Positions 45,089 through 57,890 of a stretch of 64,000 bases of DNA are shown one piece after another. The DNA lies in the NCBI RefSeq assembly GCF_006345805.1, contig NC_043017.1, positions 4,464,001-4,528,000 of the forward strand, read 5' to 3'. The notes beneath the pieces were generated by a model, which worked only from the letters and a program-made list of their open reading frames with translations, did not search any database and was not told where the DNA came from. A program made the translations under genes and the position numbers. The stretch's first letter is position 1; the number at the start of each line of letters is the position of its first letter. Origin of the DNA: Octopus sinensis. Its lineage: Eukaryota.

Positions 45089-46294
45089 TTAATCTTTTTC
45101 TGCTGTATGAATATGCCTGTGGTTAGTCAATGAAGTTACGTGAGAGAATGATTTACTACAGATATCACAATTGTATAGTTTCTCTCCTGTATGAATGCGT
45201 TTGTGTCTTGTTAAGTTACCAGTTTGAGAGAAGGAAGTACCACAGACATCACAATGGTATGGTTTATCTCCGGTGTGAATGCGTTTGTGGTTAGTTAAGG
45301 TATGTCCATGAGAGAATGAACTACCACAAATATCACAGTGATATGGCTTCTCTCCCGTATGGATACGTTTGTGAGAAGACAACTCACTTATTTGAGAGAA
45401 TGCTTTACCACAAATATCACAGTGGAATGGCTTCTCTCCAGTATGAATGCGTTTGTGTGTGGTTAAATGACTTCTTAGAATGAACGATTTACCACAGATA
45501 TCACACGGATAAGTCTTTTCCCCAGTGTGAATATTCTTGTGTCGAGTTAATTTATATCTTTCAGAGAATGATTTATTACAGATGTCACACTGATATGGTT
45601 TTTCTCCTGTATGAATGAATTTGTGAGTAGTTAAGTGACCCGTTTCACTGAATGATTTACCACAGATATCACAGTGATATGGTTTCTCCCCTGTATGAAT
45701 GCGTATATGTTTGGTTAAATCACTACTTGTAGAGAAGGATTTACCGCAGATGTTACAGTGATACGGCTTCTCTCCTGTATGAATACGCCTGTGTTTAGTT
45801 AAGATACATTTCGCAGAGAATGATTTACCACAGACGTCACAGTAGAATGGTTTCTCACCTGTATGAATGCGTATGTGAGTAGTTAAGTTACTTGTTTGAG
45901 AGAAAGATTTATCACAGATATTACAATTATATGGTCTTTCTCCTGTATGAATGCGTTTGTGAGTTGTCAATCTTCGTGTTTGAGAGAATGATTTACCACA
46001 GATGTCACAGTGAAATGGTCTTTCTCCTGCATGAATATGTTTGTGACTGGATAAACGAGATCTTTGAGAGAATGACTCATCACAGAGATATGATTTCTCT
46101 TCTGTATAAATACTTTTGTTAGTAGTTACTTGAGAGAGTGAGTTACCACAGTGATTTGGTTTTTCTCCTGTATGAATACATTTATGTGAAGTTAGGTTAT
46201 GCTTCTGAGAGAATGACTTTTTACAGACATCACAATTGTACAACATTTTCCCATCTTTCAGCATCCCATCAGAATAAATCCTTTCGGGATTCAT
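45089..46294 (-). CDS. C2H2 zinc-finger protein, 12 intact plus 2 degenerate fingers (ZNF gene 4)
   Basis: 401-aa ORF; finger positions 2 and 3 shortened and lacking Zn ligands, the rest canonical. Confidence 0.92.
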   Translation of the reverse strand: MNPERIYSDGMLKDGKMLYNCDVCKKSFSQKHNLTSHKCIHTGEKPNHCGNSLSQVTTNKSIYTEEKSYLCDESFSQRSRLSSHKHIHAGERPFHCDICGKSFSQTRRLTTHKRIHTGERPYNCNICDKSFSQTSNLTTHIRIHTGEKPFYCDVCGKSFSAKCILTKHRRIHTGEKPYHCNICGKSFSTSSDLTKHIRIHTGEKPYHCDICGKSFSETGHLTTHKFIHTGEKPYQCDICNKSFSERYKLTRHKNIHTGEKTYPCDICGKSFILRSHLTTHKRIHTGEKPFHCDICGKAFSQISELSSHKRIHTGEKPYHCDICGSSFSHGHTLTNHKRIHTGDKPYHCDVCGTSFSQTGNLTRHKRIHTGEKLYNCDICSKSFSHVTSLTNHRHIHTAEKD

Positions 46295-47459
46295 TTTCCA
46301 TAATTTTTCTTATTTTCACCCCAATACATAGATATATTTCTTTTTTGCCAATTTTTAGTATTTCTGCTATATTCCAATCAACCGTGATATTTTGTTGATA
46401 TCACAAGATGCTGAAAGCTGTTTTGTAATTATGTTTGTATTTAGTTCGAATGCAAAATTATCTTATGTCCATTCCAGACGGTGAGGTAAAACAATATTGG
46501 TAATAATTCCAACCTGATTCTTCGACAGATTTATATAAAAATGGGTTATATCTATTTTGTATAACAACTTCCTTAAGTCTTTAAAAGATGATAAACATTG
46601 ACGATGCATCTCATGTAAAAACTTATGCCAAAATCATCCAATATTCTGAAATAATAAAGAAACAGTATTAGATATAGACAGAACTTTAAAAGAGATTGAT
46701 TAAACAGAGGAAATCTCACTACATTTCTATACAGGTGAACAGTAGATGTAAACCTTTACCATGGAGTCTTCAGCCATGATCATCTTGTCCTTCTCTCAAG
46801 TTGTGAACATCTAGAATTACTATATACATGACTGTTATTTCTAGCTGAGTGAGCAACTGATCTTGCTTGGAAGATCAGTTGTTTTTTAGTTCCAGACTAA
46901 TCCTGATTGAGAAGATTTATGAACTGTACAACAGGGTAGGTATGAACTCCATATACTGTGCTCATGGTAAGCTATGGACACATACAATGCATAATGTGGA
47001 ATTACAAGCAGACTAACAGAGAATGTAGCCTTCATACACGATAGATCCATTCACTGGAATAGTGTGTGCTATGAGCAAATTGGAAATAGATTCTCTTAAA
47101 TGGTTGAATGATTCACTAAAGGTGAATGGAATTTGTGGGAGATCCAGTAAAACATGGGATGAAGTGATAAAGACTCATCTCAGGACTTTGAACTTCATAG
47201 AGAAGATAAAGGGACTATCAATATGTGCTTCTCAAGAAAATCTGTGAAACAAAGTTCCAGAAGCAGTGTATGCATGTGTATATATATATATATATATATA
47301 TAAAAATTATCTCGTTTGGCTTAACAGCCCTTCTTGTTTGTGTTACTGTTATTCTCCTTGTCCTGTCTTTTACTGTTTATATTTGGTACTGTCGTTACTG
47401 TCCTGTTTTTGTTACCATTTTTACCCCTCTGCAAAAAAATCTCAAATTTTATTTAATTT

Positions 47460-47720
47460 GATTTTCGCGGGAAGGATTGTTTCATTCAAGTCATGTATCA
47501 CCTTGACCTTCGAAACGTGGAGTAGATGAAAGAAAGGCGACTGAAGAAGAGGAATTTTCCTTGTGTTGTATGTCCTGTACTCTATTTTTTCGTTGTTTAA
47601 GAAAAATGTCCAGTTCCTTGGTTTTGTGTTTATGTTTTCGTTTCTCATTGTGTTCAACGTTTTTTTGGTGTCCTGTACCCATATATGCATGTATATATAC
47701 ATGTAGAGGTAGGTACGTAC
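47460..47720 (+). mobile_element. Unclassified repeat (possible PLE pLTR remnant), copy 2
   Basis: Homologous to 15870-16070; contains gaagg...ccttcGAAACGT and a downstream CTGAAGA but no complete ribozyme. Confidence 0.55.
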
Positions 47721-48536
47721 ATATATGTGTGTATATATGCATATGTTTTATTTATCTATTAATTTATTATATATATATAAACCTATCAGACTAATGTAAT
47801 CAATAACCAATCATTATAATAGATTTAAATATCTCATACTGTGTATTAGTAGTATTACTGGCTTTGTGGATAAAAGTGTTTGGTTACAGACAAGACAGTG
47901 AGGTAGATGGAGGTTTCAGTCTCGGGTAGGTATTGTGATATCATCTCATTTAGTTTTATTTTTCTCTAGAGATGTGTTAAAAGGGGGAAGAAAAAAACCC
48001 ACAATCAGTATAGGCCATGGCCAAGATTGATCCTCTGTCCAAAGGGTATATGTGTTGCTATGTCTGTACATGCTATAAAGTGGTCGGTGTGAAGAAGGGC
48101 ATTTAGCTGTAGAAACCAAACCAAAACAGACCCTGGAACAGGATGCAATTCTTGAACCTGTCATATCCTACTGATGCTACAATGATGACGACGATGATGA
48201 TTTTTCCATAACACATGTAAAACTTCAATTGATTTTCAGGTGGAGTTTGTGAAAACATTTAATGAACCAACAAAACTAATGAAAAAATTCAGAACAGAGG
48301 ATAAAATAAACTTGTTTAGAAATAAAAATACACTGATTTGTTTGTGTGTGTGTGATTACCACAAACAGTTCAGGCCGAAAAACTAAAAGCAATAAAAAAT
48401 TCAAGTATTGAATAGAAGGGAGCTGATTCAAGTTTACCTCGTATCAGTTGGTGATAGAGAATAGACACAAAATTATGATTAGGACTTTTCTAAAATCATA
48501 TCCTAGAGTCCAATGCGTATAACGGATCTGTTATAT

Positions 48537-48700
48537 CTCTCGGAGTGGTTGGCGTTAGGAAGGGCATCCAGCTGTAGAAGCACTGCCAGATCTGACTGGC
48601 CTGGTGCAGCCTTCGGGCTTCCCAGACCCCAGTTGAACCGTCCAACCCATGCTAGCATGGAAAGCGGACGTTAAACGATGATAATGATGATGATGATGAT
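48537..48700 (+). mobile_element. Retroposon family C, 3' part
   Basis: ctctcggagtggttggcgttagg...ttaaacgatgataatgatgatgat. Confidence 0.85.
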
Positions 48701-49111
48701 GTTATGATATACAAGGGAGAGTTTGCAACGAAATATCTTATGCATCTAACACCTGATTGAATTAAACATACATAAATCACTCATTCAATATTAACTGGAA
48801 TATCTTGTAAATACGACATAGGATGTTGTCATCTGCATCTACAAAAGAAAATCACAGAGTAAAGTTGTCATCTGGGAAGTATTACTGGTAAATGACGACC
48901 AGTATGACCAGGGTTCAGTTTGCTTCTTTGCAGAGGAACTACGAAGTTAAATAATAACAGGTGAGCTTGCTACACTGAGGTAACATTCATGTAAGTGGCT
49001 GCATAAACACGACTGGTAACATAATCAACGAATTTTACTAATCCTCTCAAATAAGTATACTGTATAACCATGCAGCTAACCTTCACTCTGTAAAATTATT
49101 GGCCGTGTACC

Positions 49112-49312
49112 GGCGGCGAACTGGCAGAACCGTTAGCACGTCGGGCAAAATGCTTAGCGGCATTTCATTCGTCTTTACGTTTTGATTTCGAATTCCGCCG
49201 GGGTCGACTTCACTTTTCGACCTTTCGGAGTCGACAAGTTGAGTACTAGGGTCGATGTAATCGACTTACCCCTCCTCCAAATTTCAGGCCTTGTTCCTTT
49301 AGTAGAAAGGAT
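49112..49312 (+). mobile_element. SINE family B
   Basis: ggcggcgaactggcagaaccgttagcacg...gggtcgacttc. Confidence 0.75.
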
Positions 49313-50269
49313 TATCTTAATACAATTTATTGCAATATTATGATAAGGCTTGAAATAGGAACGGATGCTAACGCGCTGAGTAGTAATTAATATCGTTGAT
49401 TAATGATCAGAGTTCAAATCCTAGCAGTCAGCTTCGATATTAAAATTTATCCCATTGTTTGTCTGCCTGAAATATTTAGTATATTCAATTCAATAGATTA
49501 CAGCTGCGCCAATAATACATCATCTGTGTGTAGAGGAACAAAGATAACAACAGGACTTTTCGCTTTATACACTGAAGTACTCTCTACAATTTATGAGATG
49601 TGTGTACGTTTGCATTGACAGGGTGGTGGATAACAGAACTGGTATTTTGTTACATGCCTATGTTATAAGTTGTTATCAGCAAGATTATATATAAATTTCA
49701 TACTTCTGGATTTGATCAAAGAAATACTAATCAAATACCGAAGTATATTTAATTCACTTCGCACTTCCCAAAATATAAGGCCTGGTGCAAATGTTAGAAA
49801 TTAGCCTAAAAGAGTAAAATTAGAAACTACGTAGAAGTGGGCAGTCTGCTCTTGGTGCATTAACTAGATCTTGTTATAGATCACATATAACAGTCATCTC
49901 GAATTTTCATCCTGCACAAAAAAAGTTAGGATGTAAAAACATTTCTTCAAAGTGTTATGAGGTTTCACTTCTCTGTAATTACAGCATCTTCGAAGGCAAC
50001 ATAATTCTATTATTCACAGAAATTTCCGTAAAACTTACCATTTTTAAGAAACATAGACGAAGGAAAGGATCTCGTTGCTAGATCGGGTTTTTCAACGTTC
50101 TTCGTCAACTTTAATTCCACTTTTCCATGGAAGTTCTTAAAACTTCTTCGAGCAGAACGGTAAATTGACGTCTTAACAGAGAAAAACAATGAAGCTGACT
50201 TCATGATTCCAGCCGTAGTTTCGATACTAATTATTAGCCATTATGCCGGTAAGGTATCATAATCATTGA

Positions 50270-50490
50270 CCGCGGCGAGCTGGCAGAAACGTTAGCACGC
50301 CGGGCGAAATGCTTAGCGGTATTTCGTCTGCGTTATGTTGTGAGTTCAAATTCCGCCGAGGTCGACTTTGCCTTTCATCCTTTCGGGGTCGATAAATTAA
50401 GTACCAGTTACGCACTGGGGTTGATGTAATCGACTTAATACCTATGTCTGTCCTTGTTTAGCCCCTTTGTGGGTAATAAAGAAATAGGTA
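50270..50490 (+). mobile_element. SINE family B, full length
   Basis: gcggcgagctggcagaaacgttagcacgccgggcgaaatgcttagcgg...gtgggtaataaagaaatagg. Confidence 0.85.
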
Positions 50491-50530
50491 TCATAATCAT
50501 TTCGTGTTTATACATACATACATACACACA

Positions 50531-50576
<46 letters not shown>

Positions 50577-52616
50577 GGATCTTTTCGGTTTGAACGGCAG
50601 TTTTTTCTGGCGGTGTCATATGAAATTGTCACCCATAATTATGACCCTAGTATCGATCTATTGCATTTCAATCTGTTTTGAAATAGATTCTAATAGTCTC
50701 TGTGGTGACTGTTAGAAATAGCAGCCAAAGTTATGGATGGATTGACGGTCGTTCGTTCGGTAATTGTTCAGGGACCATGAAAAAATTGTGCTTCAGACGA
50801 GTAAAGTGTCTGTGCAATAGATTGGTTTATACGTCCATAATACACAAAATATTTTAGCGATTTTTATACCACTTCTGAAATATTTAATTATAAGGTGTAA
50901 CTTCGGCAAAGGGGTTCCTAGGCAAAGAATGGTTGAGAACCCTCGAATAGATGTAAGAGAAGCAAAGTTCGAAGGAAATATCAGGCATTTTTCATACTTG
51001 CTAGAGGTTAGCAAATAGGAAATAAAATAATTGCTACCCAAAGGACAAAAATTGTGTTATACAGTGTAATAAGGTGGGTGGGTATACACATGCATTTGTG
51101 TATGGGTTTGTGTGTGCGCGTCAGTGTTTCGTGTCGAAACAGCGGCTGAGGAGAAAGAGTCAGCTGTGCTGCTTATTCTGACAAAAGATGTTTGTTTCAT
51201 TGATGTCACGATTCTTATTCGAGAAAAACGATGCTAAAAATCTTTGAAAATAGCCTTGTAGCAACGAAATTATTTCTTTTATCGTTTAGTAAAGAATTAC
51301 AACACACTGATTTACTGTTTCCACCTCGAAATGGTAAGTTGACGATTTGCTTCAGAGCTGTAAATGTGTAAATAATGGAATTATATTTCTCTTAGACCAT
51401 ACAGTAAATATACAGAAGCGAGCACCTGCTAGAAACAAATTACCTCCTCGTCCTAATATTTACTTACCGGATAAAACTTTCACACTCAAAGGTCAATCTG
51501 TTAATTTTTGAAAACCTTAGCTCACAATTTGCATGATTAATGCGCCCTTTAATGGAAGTTCCCACGGATAAACCTTACTTGCTTTCCCCTTTACACCATA
51601 CATCATGACACTGTGATACACGATCCCTATTGATGGTTTTTTTTTCCTCTTCCCCTTTTTTCCTCTTTTTTCGTTTTTTTTTTGTTCTTTTTTCCCTTTT
51701 ACGATCCCTTTTGATCGAAAACCTACGCCACCTTTTTTTTTTCTCCCCCCAAAAGAAAAGCTCTACCTTGTAACTTGTCCCATCTGTGTGCAGCCCTGTG
51801 TGGCCAATAAAGAAACTTAATGGAAGTAGTATCAATTATGAATTTAATGTTCAAACTCTACAAAGCCCGCATGAATAAATTATGATGCAAGATGAACATA
51901 GAAAATTGTCAATTTTGAGCGGGGAAATAGAATTGTTTAGATATTAAGTAATTCAAACTCTATCGTCATGAAAAGCAATGCGTCCGTTGGTGGCTAACAG
52001 AATGAACGACCTATTTGCTTTCTATCCGTCTACCAAATTCACTCCTAAGTAAATACGGTAATGGCATGGTGGGATGGATGGTCACTGCTTCCATAGTGGC
52101 ACGGAACAAAATCCTAAAATATCGATACTTGTCAGTGAACCATATCTTCCAGTCTGAGACGTTTGTAGAAGCTGGGCCGCTGACAGCGAAGTTCTTACCA
52201 TCGTTAGTAGCTCGGCTTACTGGGGAGTCAGATAATGCTCGTGAAAGTGTTTATTCCAACGCCTTAGTTTCGCCATCTCTTGCTTCAATAGCTTCTGTTG
52301 TGCGTTCAAGTAACACGTTAGCTCCCACACGCCCTGCCGGTGGGTCGTGATGGTATGTTAGTGAATCCCGCACGACCCACCAGCTAGTCGTATTTTTAAT
52401 TTCATTCCCGTGGGCTTTCTGAGAGCGGGTGGGTCCCAATTGCTTTGATTTGTGCTTTTGCTACACTAAGAGAACAATATTTTATAGATTAAAAAGCAAT
52501 TATTTTCGTTTTTCTTCTGATTTCACCATTAATGAGGTGAAATAAAAGATTGAGCATCTTTTATGTTCAGTTGTTCTCGTAAAGGTTTATATCAACAGAT
52601 TATCTGTATAAATATG

Positions 52617-52983
52617 GAGGCGCAATGGCCCAGTGGTTAGGGCAGCGGACTCGCGGTTTCGATTCCCAGACCGGGCGTTGTGAGTGTTTATTGAGCGAAA
52701 ACACCTAAAGCTCCACGAGGCTCCGGCAGGGGATGGTGGTGATCCCTGCTGTACTCTTTCACCACAACTTTCTCTCACTCTTACTTCCTGTTTCTGTTGT
52801 ACCTGTATTTCAAGGGGCCGGCCTTGTCACTCTCTGTGTCACGCTGAATATCCCCGAGAACTACGTTAAGGGTACACGTGTCTGTGGAGTGCTCAGCCAC
52901 TTACACGTTAATTTCATGAGCAGGCTGTTCCGTTGATCGGATCAACCGGAACCCTCGTCGTCGTAACCGACGGAGTGCTTCCA
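52617..52983 (+). mobile_element. tRNA-derived SINE family D with 13-bp target-site duplication
   Basis: tRNA-like head ggaggcgcaatggcccagtggttagggcagcg...ggtttcgattccc; direct repeat ctgtataaatatg at 52604-52616 and 52984-52996; partial relative at about 32105-32175. Confidence 0.85.
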
Positions 52984-53106
52984 CTGTATAAATATGTAAA
53001 ATTGAAACTGTTAAATATCTGCTTTTTAAGTATTCTTGATATCTTATACTGCTGCTGCTTTCTTTCTTGATACCTTATACTGCTTATCTTTCTTTCTTTT
53101 TTTCAG

Positions 53107-53780
<674 letters not shown>

Positions 53781-54259
53781 ATCAAAGAAGCACAAATAAG
53801 TCCAATAAAGGAATAATTCCATATTTATAAAATCTATTACTGTGTAGCTTTATTGGTCTGTTTTATTTCATGACTTGATTATTAAGTCTAAAGTTAATTT
53901 GCATATGTTAGTGTAATCTTAGACTTGATATAATATAATGAAAGTAGTTGCTGTCATTTGTCAATAATCATCATCATCACCACCACTATCACTTTTTTAT
54001 TATCCATTCCACATGCTTGTATGGGTTTTACATTAAAACTATTTTATTCTGTATGTTAACCATCTTTCTGACACAACCCTAAGCTATAGAATTCCAGAAC
54101 TTGATCTGTATATGGTATAAATTGTGCATTTATCCAAACTTATCTTTAACCCAAAGTTATAAAATCTGTTGACATTATTTGATACCGAATACTAATACTG
54201 TTAGAATTTGATAGCCAATATTTTTATTTTAATCCGTGTTATGTTATAATTTATACTAA

Positions 54260-54300
54260 ACTAGCACTATGACCCGGCAACGCTGGGTCATAGTGCTAGT
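54260..54300. mobile_element. 16-bp perfect hairpin, probable rolling-circle (Helitron/Helentron-type) terminus
   Basis: ACTAGCACTATGACCC-ggcaacgct-GGGTCATAGTGCTAGT; class assignment is inference. Confidence 0.5.
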
Positions 54301-55224
54301 GCATGCATATACAGCTGCGTGCGTGCGCACATACACGTGAGTACTGTCCAAATCTCCGACCAATCACATACACCTAGCTGGCATCCAATTGGCGTATCAA
54401 GTTTCGGGCATTTTGATTGGGTTTTGGATAGAAAATTCACAAAAAGAGGTCTGCTTGAATAGAATTGATCTGGGGTTACAGAACAATATATATTGTGACA
54501 AATTTTGGTTTGCAAGCCAACTGTATATTCTGGGCTTCCTCCATCTGTCTACAACTTTTATTTTATGATCAACATGGATTTGCCAAGATTAGTAAGGATG
54601 GAGTACATTGCAAGCTGTCCATGTTAGGAAACACAAGCAATGGAAATTTCAAAGAGCTGCAACTCTGGAGCAATAACGGTTTGAACACAGGGGGTTGGAG
54701 GGGTTAATGGGAAGAGTAGAGACATATTTGGCTGTTTTGAGAGGAACAGAAACTGTTTTAGTAGACCTAAAAGAAGAAATTGTAGATCTGTGTCAAGTAG
54801 CTATAATGTAAATCTTTGTTGGTTATCTAGATGATATATTTGGTTGAGGTCCACCAGCAGATGCACTATTTTAGTATGGGAGCACAACTATAATAGAGGG
54901 TCAGCAACAAGTTATGGAGTAACACCTGAATATATCTGATGGTGATCACTGTAGGATCAAAGTGGAGAAAATCCCTATAAACAAGTTTGGTGCATGCTAG
55001 AAGTAAACTTAATTAATTAACTGAGCTGCATAAATTTGTGGAAATAATCAAAGCAGATTTTCTTAGAACTGTTGACACATCTCTGAGAACATTTCTATAG
55101 AGTTTCATCTTTCATCCACATCTGACTGATATTCTTTGAAGTGAATTGTAGGAGTTATACAAAGTATCTGTCAACTTGGTCTTTTAATCTCCTCGGGTTT
55201 AAGCACCAATAATATATAACACAG

Positions 55225-55503
55225 TGGCCGATGCCAGCGCCGCCTCGACTGGCTTCCGTGCCGGTGGCACGTAAAATACACCAATCCGACCGTGGCCGTT
55301 GCCAGCCTCGCCTGGCACCTGTGCAGGTGGCACGTAAAAAGCACCCACGGAGTGGTTGGCGTTAGGAAGGGCATCCAGCTGTAGAAACATTGCCAGATAA
55401 GACTGAAGCCTGGTGCAGCCTTCTGGCTTCCCAGATCCCCGGTCGAACCGTCCAACCCATGCTAGCATGGAGAACGGACGTTAAACGATGATGATGATGA
55501 TGA
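55225..55503 (+). mobile_element. Retroposon family C
   Basis: Family body ending in (gat)n. Confidence 0.85.
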
Positions 55504-55779
55504 CAGTGGTTAACACATGACCTCTCTACGAACTTATGTTCAGTTGAGAAATTTTTAAGTTGTCATCTGCAGGAAAAGTGTGTATGGGGACCAAACTCGG
55601 TAGTGGTAATGAGTATGCATGTAGGGAGAGTGCATGGGTATAAAATATAGTAGAGGTGATGAAAAGAGGAGCGACCAGTGCACTGCATGGAGATGAAATG
55701 TAACTGGCCAATCCAGCTACATAATCAGGTCCAGAAATTTCTGAGCCATTTTGTGTATTTAAATACTTAATAATATAAT

Positions 55780-56135
55780 AATAAAAACATTGTGTACAGT
55801 GCTCAGGTGCACTACAACTCATCTAAAGTGTATATATAATCAGGTGTAGTTTCGGCGGATTTCAGAAAGCATGAGGGCCTTAAAGGATGCAGTGTCATGG
55901 CAGTCAACAACTGACGCAGGCAGTTTATTCCATGCTTCAGCAACTCTGAGCGTGAAAAAATATTTCCGAAAGTCATGGGAGCTGTGCTGTTTTCTGACTT
56001 TGTAGGCATGTCCACATGTGTTAGACACATGAAGATCAAAAAGGTGTTCAGTGTTGTTGGTGAGGTGGTTGATAACTTTGTGGGTGTTTACCAAGTCCAT
56101 CGCCAGACGCCGGAGCTTCAGTGAATCCATGCCCA
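55780..56135 (-). mobile_element. CR1-group LINE 3' end
   Basis: LRRLAMDLVNTHKVINHL...GHAYKVRKQHSSHDFRKYFFTLRVAEAWNKLP; near-identical to 27510-27820. The adjacent 55540-55780 has an FPADDNLKI (YADD-like) remnant. Confidence 0.85.
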
Positions 56136-56269
56136 GGGAAACAAGGCGCTCAGAGTATGGTAATGTAACACCTGTACTGTTAGTACCACTTGCAGTTTGG
56201 TAACCTACCTGTTTAATCTCACATCAGACTTCAGTATATCTATTATCATCCTTTATCAAGTTGAGAAAA

Positions 56270-57310
56270 AGATAAGCAGATGTGGCATTTTCAGTACATA
56301 ATATTTTTCTTTAAAAAGGGTGAATATGCCAGAGAAACATGTAAAAGTATTTGTGAAGTGCCAGGCAAATATGCTGTTGGTGAATCAAAGATTCAGAGAT
56401 GGTTTGCAAGATTCAAAAGTAGAGATTATAAATTAGAAGATGCAAGTGGCTTTGGAAAGCCTTCATAGTTGGATGATGATTTTTGAAGGTTTAGTAAACA
56501 TTGAAGTGATAAAGTCATGACTGTGAAACTTGCAGAGATGTTCAAAGTTCTGAAAAGAACACTCAGTGAAACTTGGGATATTTCTTGCTGGTCTCTCACA
56601 ACTCGTCTGGGAAAAACTGCATGGACCAGTATTCCATCTGTGAGATGCTCTTAGAATGCAATAAAACTGGACTTATTTTGAAGTGATTGGTGACTGGAGT
56701 TGATGCCTATTTCTTTTATTACCCACAAGGGGCTAAACACAGAGAGGACAGACAAAGGGATTATATCGACTCCAGTGCAGAACTGGTACTTATTTAATCG
56801 ACCCCGAAAGGATGAAAGGCAAAGTCGACCTCGGAGGAATTTGAACTCAGAACGTAACGGCAGACGAAATATGGCTATGCATTTCACCTGGTGTGCTAAC
56901 GATTCCGCTAAAGCGGAATATTTATGAAAATGTTAGAAAAAAAGGAAATCATGTTTTGTGTTTGGTGGGATTTCAAAGTCATTACGTATCATGACCTCAT
57001 CCCACAGACAGATCATCGATCCTGATGGACACTGCTACCAGCTGGAGAAATTAAATAAAAAAAACAATTTGACAGCATAAAACAATGAATTCAGAACTAG
57101 CCATGAGGAAAGGGTTTGTATGCCAACAAGATGTCAGGCCTTATGCGTTTTTGATTACCTTCAGTAAGTTGCTTCCCATTCTTTACCAATATTGCACCCT
57201 CTAACTCTCATTTGTTTAGGTCTCTGTAAAATCCACGAATAGAAAATGTTTCAATGATTTAGATGCAGTCAAATACCACCTGGATAGTTTCTTTTCCTCC
57301 AAGACAGCTT
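56270..57310 (+). mobile_element. Decayed mariner transposon interrupted by a SINE
   Basis: N-terminal ICEVPGKYAVGESKIQRWFARFKSRDYKLED..GKP (helix-turn-helix region) and later MFCVWWDFK motif. Confidence 0.75.
56706..56908 (-). mobile_element. SINE family B nested in mariner remnant
   Basis: Reverse complement of the family B consensus. Confidence 0.8.
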
Positions 57311-57329
57311 GTTTCAATGTGGTAGACTC

Positions 57330-57890
57330 AGGAAGACATGGGACAAGGTGATGAAGTATGATCGTCAAACTTTGGGGCAATGACAAATGACCGAGACCTT
57401 TGGCGATGTGCTGTGCGTGAGAAGACCCATCAAGCCAAATGAAATCATAGTCGTGGCCGATGCTGGTGTCATGTGACTGGCATCCATACCAGTGGCATGG
57501 AAAAAGCACTTTTTGAGCAATTGGGCCTCACAGAGGCAAGATGGCCAATGCTAGTGGCATGTGAAAAGCACCTTTCGAGTGTTGGGCCTCATGGAAGCAA
57601 TGATGAATGACTGAGACTTTTGGCATTATGATGTGCTTGAGAAGAAGACCCCCTCAAACCAAGTAAAATTGTAATTGTGGCAAATGCTGGTGTCACACAA
57701 ATGGCACCCTTGCTGGTGGCATGTGAAAGCATCCTTTACACTCTTGGAGTGGTTGGCGTTAGGAAGGGCATCCAGCTATAGAAACCATGCCAAATCAGAC
57801 TCGAGTCTGGTGCAGCTTACCAGCCCTGGTCAGACCGTCCAACCCATGCCAGCATGGACAAAGGAGTTAAATGATGATGATGATGATGGT
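57330..57890 (+). mobile_element. RTE-like 3' fragment plus extended family C retroposon
   Basis: ggaagacatgggacaaggtgatg (RKTWD.V) followed by subrepeats and the family C 3' end with (gat)n, suggesting family C derives from an RTE 3' UTR. Confidence 0.65.

Noticed and set aside
52100-52450. 62- and 111-aa ORFs plus an 11-bp inverted repeat (52339-52381)
   Set aside because: A minus frame reads LRRWNKHFHEHY, suggesting decayed RTE LINE sequence; not a host gene, and the short hairpin has no further support.
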